54,175 nt of DNA from Caecitellus pseudoparvulus (Eukaryota; Protista; Bigyra: Bicosoecida): NCBI GenBank assembly GCA_965644315.1, contig CBFFRQ010000072.1, positions 1 to 54,175 of the forward strand. Reading direction: 5' to 3'. A program made the translations under genes and the position numbers. The notes under the pieces are model-generated. The model did not search any database. It was not told where the DNA came from and worked only from the letters and a program-made list of their open reading frames with translations. Shown piece by piece: positions 51,076-54,175 of this stretch. Within the stretch, counting starts at the first letter, position 1, and every line of letters starts with the position of its first letter.

Positions 51076-51370
51076 ACTCAAGCGCAGCACACACACCACC
51101 TCGCTCATGCTGCCCCGCCAACAGCCCAGCCTGCTCCAACAGCGCACTCCCTGCATCACGCAGTGCAGCTTCCAGCTCCACCAGGCTCATGGTCGATGGG
51201 GCATCGCCTGCAGCAGGTGCTTCGCCCCGCCCAATGGCTGCCAGTCCTCGCAGTGCTGGTCCGTGGTCCATGACGCTGCCCGGCAAGCACTTCATCTTGC
51301 CCAAGCATGCCGCCACCAAGTCAGCCTGTGTCTTGGAGAAGCTTGCTGTGGGTGCTGCGCTGCCGTCCAT
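51073..51370 (-). pseudogene. paralogue C, 5' part (about 99 codons)
   Basis: MDGSAAPTASFSKTQADLVAACLGKMKCLPGS...CAALEY is a diverged homologue of MEGVAAPTASVHDTQAEVVAACFGK...CAALQY. Upstream 51370-51793 is homologous to 34245-34674. Confidence 0.85.
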
Positions 51371-52509
51371 GGTTTGGCCTGTTGCTGCTGCCTGTGGTGT
51401 TGGGGAGGGGCAGGGCGCAGTGTGCTGTGGTGTGTGGGCGACACGCTCTGGCGCAAGTACTGGCGATAGCGGGGCGCCGTGCTCAAGCCCACGCACCATG
51501 ACGAGAAATGGCAGGGGGTCTGATTAGGCGTGGGTGTGCTATGTAGCTTGCTCCTGTGATGTGCAGGCAGTGGGCGCGTGTGTTGGGGTGCCGAGGAGGC
51601 GTTGTTGCAGTTAGTGTGTAAGGACGCAACTTCCGCACTTGCAACTGAGCACACCTACCTGTGGCGGCCAAAAATGAATACAAAGCGGCATGCACACTGA
51701 TGCGCAGATGTACAGTGACGTTACAGGCGTGTACGTGAAATAGTTGAGGTGCAGTTTGGGTGCAGGCAACGTGAAAGTGTCCGGCTCCGCTCGCCGCCTG
51801 CATCTCAATCGCGCTACAGAGTAGACAGGTCTCTTCTCCCAGGATTTGAAGCACGTTGAACTTTCTCATCAACGTCGTCCGGGCGCACTGCTTTGCCGCA
51901 CCCTCTGCCATGATGCAGTGGGAGGGGCGAGACTTGACCGAAGCCTTTTGTGGCAACTTCTTCTTCGCAGCCGAATCTGTTCACGTTCAAGAGGCTATTG
52001 TCGTGGAATTCAAGCCCCAAATGCAAAGCATTGAGTTGGTGCATAGATCATATTGTGGCAATTGACCTTGCTTGAAACCCAGCGCTGACAAGCTGAAGGA
52101 GGAAAGCCATCGCCTTGGACGTGGGCGGCAAGGAGGATGTCTCCTTGTAGAGAGCCCCCTCTACAATCGGGTGACCGGCATCTCAGCAAACACTGCACGG
52201 AACTAGTTTCCCGGACACCCATGAAATCCCAGACTGCGAGCACCAAGACCCCCTGGCACAGTGCTCGTCTTTTGCACAGGCGGGGCAGCGCGCTCGGCCA
52301 GAATCTGCGCCCAACACCGGGCGACGCGTCACCAGTGCCTGGACGAGCTTTTACGTCGACTTTGCCAGGAAAAGGGAGCTCAGACAGCATTTCTCTTCCC
52401 TTTGATACACTGTTCGTTTGCTTGGCACTTCTTTGCTCGCCGGCGGGCAGCTTGAGGACTGCGTTTGCGCTGGGAGTGTCTCAGCAAGTTCCGCACCACG
52501 CCGGCAAGC

Positions 52510-54175
52510 ATGCTGCTGTCTCGCAACAGGCCCACCGTGCTGCGGGTTGGTTCGCTGATCTTCCCACTCGCCGTGCTAGGCATAACATCGTACCTGTACT
52601 TTCATTATGCCCTCATGCACATTTGCGTGCCGCTGTTCTCTGGAACCGAGCCAGATGGCGCTGTGCTGCGGTACATCGTCGAGTTTCTGGCGCTGTCAGC
52701 CGTCGTGGGGGCGTTCCTGTGGGCCTTCGCCAAGACAGTCCTGACGCACGCGGGCGTACCGCCCACCTGGTACGCCCAGCTGTACACCCTGCCGCAGTGG
52801 CACGACATCTTCGTGGACAACGGCGCCCACATCAGCGCAGGGCAGGTGCAGCAGAGCGCTGGCGGCCGGGAACGCCTACTGGCTCTGGCAGGCATTCCAG
52901 TGGATGTCATGGACTCGCCAGATCTTGCTGCGGCGTATGCGCGCCGGCCCAACCAGCGCGCCCCCGCGGCGTCCGAGGCAGCTGTGTACGAAGGCGTGCG
53001 CTGGTGCGCTCACTGTAACGCACCAAAACCGCTGCGCGCACACCACTGCACGGCGATGGGTGAGTGCATCCTACGGTATGACCACTATTGCCCGTGGGTC
53101 GCGAATGCTGTGGGGTACTACAATTACAAGTACTTTGTCCTGTTCGTGACGTACGGCTGCATTGCGTCGGCGTGGGTGTCCCTGGGCTTCACACCGCTCA
53201 TGATGACGCGGCACAACCTGGGCGGGGGAGAAGTGCGTATTACGTGGGGCGCCTCCCTTGCCTGGGTCCTGGCACTTTCCTTCGCCGTGTCTCTGCTCAT
53301 TTTCTCCGTCATGCACTGGTGGTTCGTGCTGGTTGCCAACACGAGCGTGGAGGCTACCTTCCGCCGGGCCGGCAACCCCTACGACCACGGAGCCCGGAAC
53401 AACTTCAACCTCGTGTTCGGCGCTGTGCCTCGCCTGTGGCCGCTGTGTGAGACCACGCTGGACACCATTTTCGCGACGGCGGGGGGCACGTACTTGTACC
53501 AGCGATCCGTGCGCGATGTTTGGTCGGCAGCTGCGACAGCCCGTGCTGCTGCTCGACTACCCCCCTTGGAAGGCCATGGTGCAGCTGAACGGTGGGGGTT
53601 GGAGGAGCCAGCTGCCGATGCAGTGGATGGGTCGGTGTGGCGGTGGGGTGCAGGTGTGTTCACAGCTGACCCCACAGCTACCGGCACAGGCGGCGAAACT
53701 GCACAGGATGTGCCTGCGTCTGAGCAGGAGCGGGCAGGGTTGCTTGGGGGGGGGTCGGATGTGGAGGAGGGGGGGGGCGCTCAGCCACACGCAAGCGAGC
53801 TCGTGTGGCACGATGCCATGCAATTCGACCACCTCTGGTGGTGGTGGCGTGCGTGTGGGTACAACCCTGCCAACACCCTTGTCAAGACCACTCGGTATGG
53901 CCCCCTCGGACGCGGCACGAAGCTGCCGCCTGCAGTGCCTGAGTTTCTGCACCCGCGCATTTGGCAACGCCTTGCCGCAGGTGCACAGCGGGACGGAGAG
54001 GGCCACCTGCCCCGCCTTCCCAGTGAACAACTTCCGCCTGGACAAAGGGCTGTGCAGGTCGTGCAGTCTGCGGAGGCTGCAGCCGCTGCGAGGCGAGAGG
54101 CGCGCGCTGCGGCAGCTGCCAACGCAACAAAATCCGCTGCAGACTCAAACGCCACGCCACCCCAAGGCATGCGCC
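52510..54175 (+). CDS. DHHC-family palmitoyltransferase (DHYC variant), runs off the window
   Basis: Absent from the ORF track because it has no stop in the window. ATG at 52510, two TM helices, then RWCAHCNAPKPLRAHHCTAMGECILRYDHYCPWVANAVGYYNYKYFVLF, two more TMs, NTSVE and NPYDHGARNNFNLVFG. Confidence 0.92.
   Translation, partial: MLLSRNRPTVLRVGSLIFPLAVLGITSYLYFHYALMHICVPLFSGTEPDGAVLRYIVEFLALSAVVGAFLWAFAKTVLTHAGVPPTWYAQLYTLPQWHDIFVDNGAHISAGQVQQSAGGRERLLALAGIPVDVMDSPDLAAAYARRPNQRAPAASEAAVYEGVRWCAHCNAPKPLRAHHCTAMGECILRYDHYCPWVANAVGYYNYKYFVLFVTYGCIASAWVSLGFTPLMMTRHNLGGGEVRITWGASLAWVLALSFAVSLLIFSVMHWWFVLVANTSVEATFRRAGNPYDHGARNNFNLVFGAVPRLWPLCETTLDTIFATAGGTYLYQRSVRDVWSAAATARAAARLPPLEGHGAAERWGLEEPAADAVDGSVWRWGAGVFTADPTATGTGGETAQDVPASEQERAGLLGGGSDVEEGGGAQPHASELVWHDAMQFDHLWWWWRACGYNPANTLVKTTRYGPLGRGTKLPPAVPEFLHPRIWQRLAAGAQRDGEGHLPRLPSEQLPPGQRAVQVVQSAEAAAAARREARAAAAANATKSAADSNATPPQGMR

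Noticed and set aside
1-54175. Prokaryotic origin, tRNA or rRNA genes
   Set aside because: Spliceosomal introns and eukaryote-specific genes (AATF, UTP20, DHHC) are present. I recognised no tRNA or rRNA by eye.

Overview
GC-rich, gene-dense eukaryotic (protist-like) DNA. Short GT-AG introns (74-115 bp, often GTGCGT or GTACGT donors) can be resolved by hand. A stramenopile flagellate is plausible, but that is inference. Left half (1-32 kb): low-complexity orphan ORFs, a giant WD40/TSET(TWD40-1/TTRAY)-like protein with DPF motifs and a C-terminal LamG domain, a dysferlin-domain + DDHD phospholipase, a C-type-lectin/mucin-stalk membrane receptor, a 7-exon mitochondrial glycerol-3-phosphate dehydrogenase, AATF/BFR2 and an orphan. 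Right half (32-51.8 kb) is a dynamic locus. It holds three tandem paralogues of a gene built as helical N-terminus + apparent dead pseudokinase + variable ankyrin array (4, 12 and 12 repeats), separated by frameshifted 3' fragments of UTP20. The middle paralogue is a chimera made by a 5653-bp unequal crossover. The third is split by a complete ~5.8-kb tyrosine-recombinase retrotransposon with split direct repeats (Ngaro/PAT type, A1-ORFs-B1-A2-B2), integrated at a GGT core. This element has hairpin-rich termini and a single in-frame UAG between its gag-like and pol ORFs, and its 3' repeats supply a new in-frame start for the disrupted host gene. A DHYC-variant palmitoyltransferase runs off the right end. 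The best candidate for an undescribed system is the MLKL-like helical-pseudokinase-ankyrin receptor array diversified by recombination. That reading comes from motif comparison by eye and needs HMM or structure confirmation.
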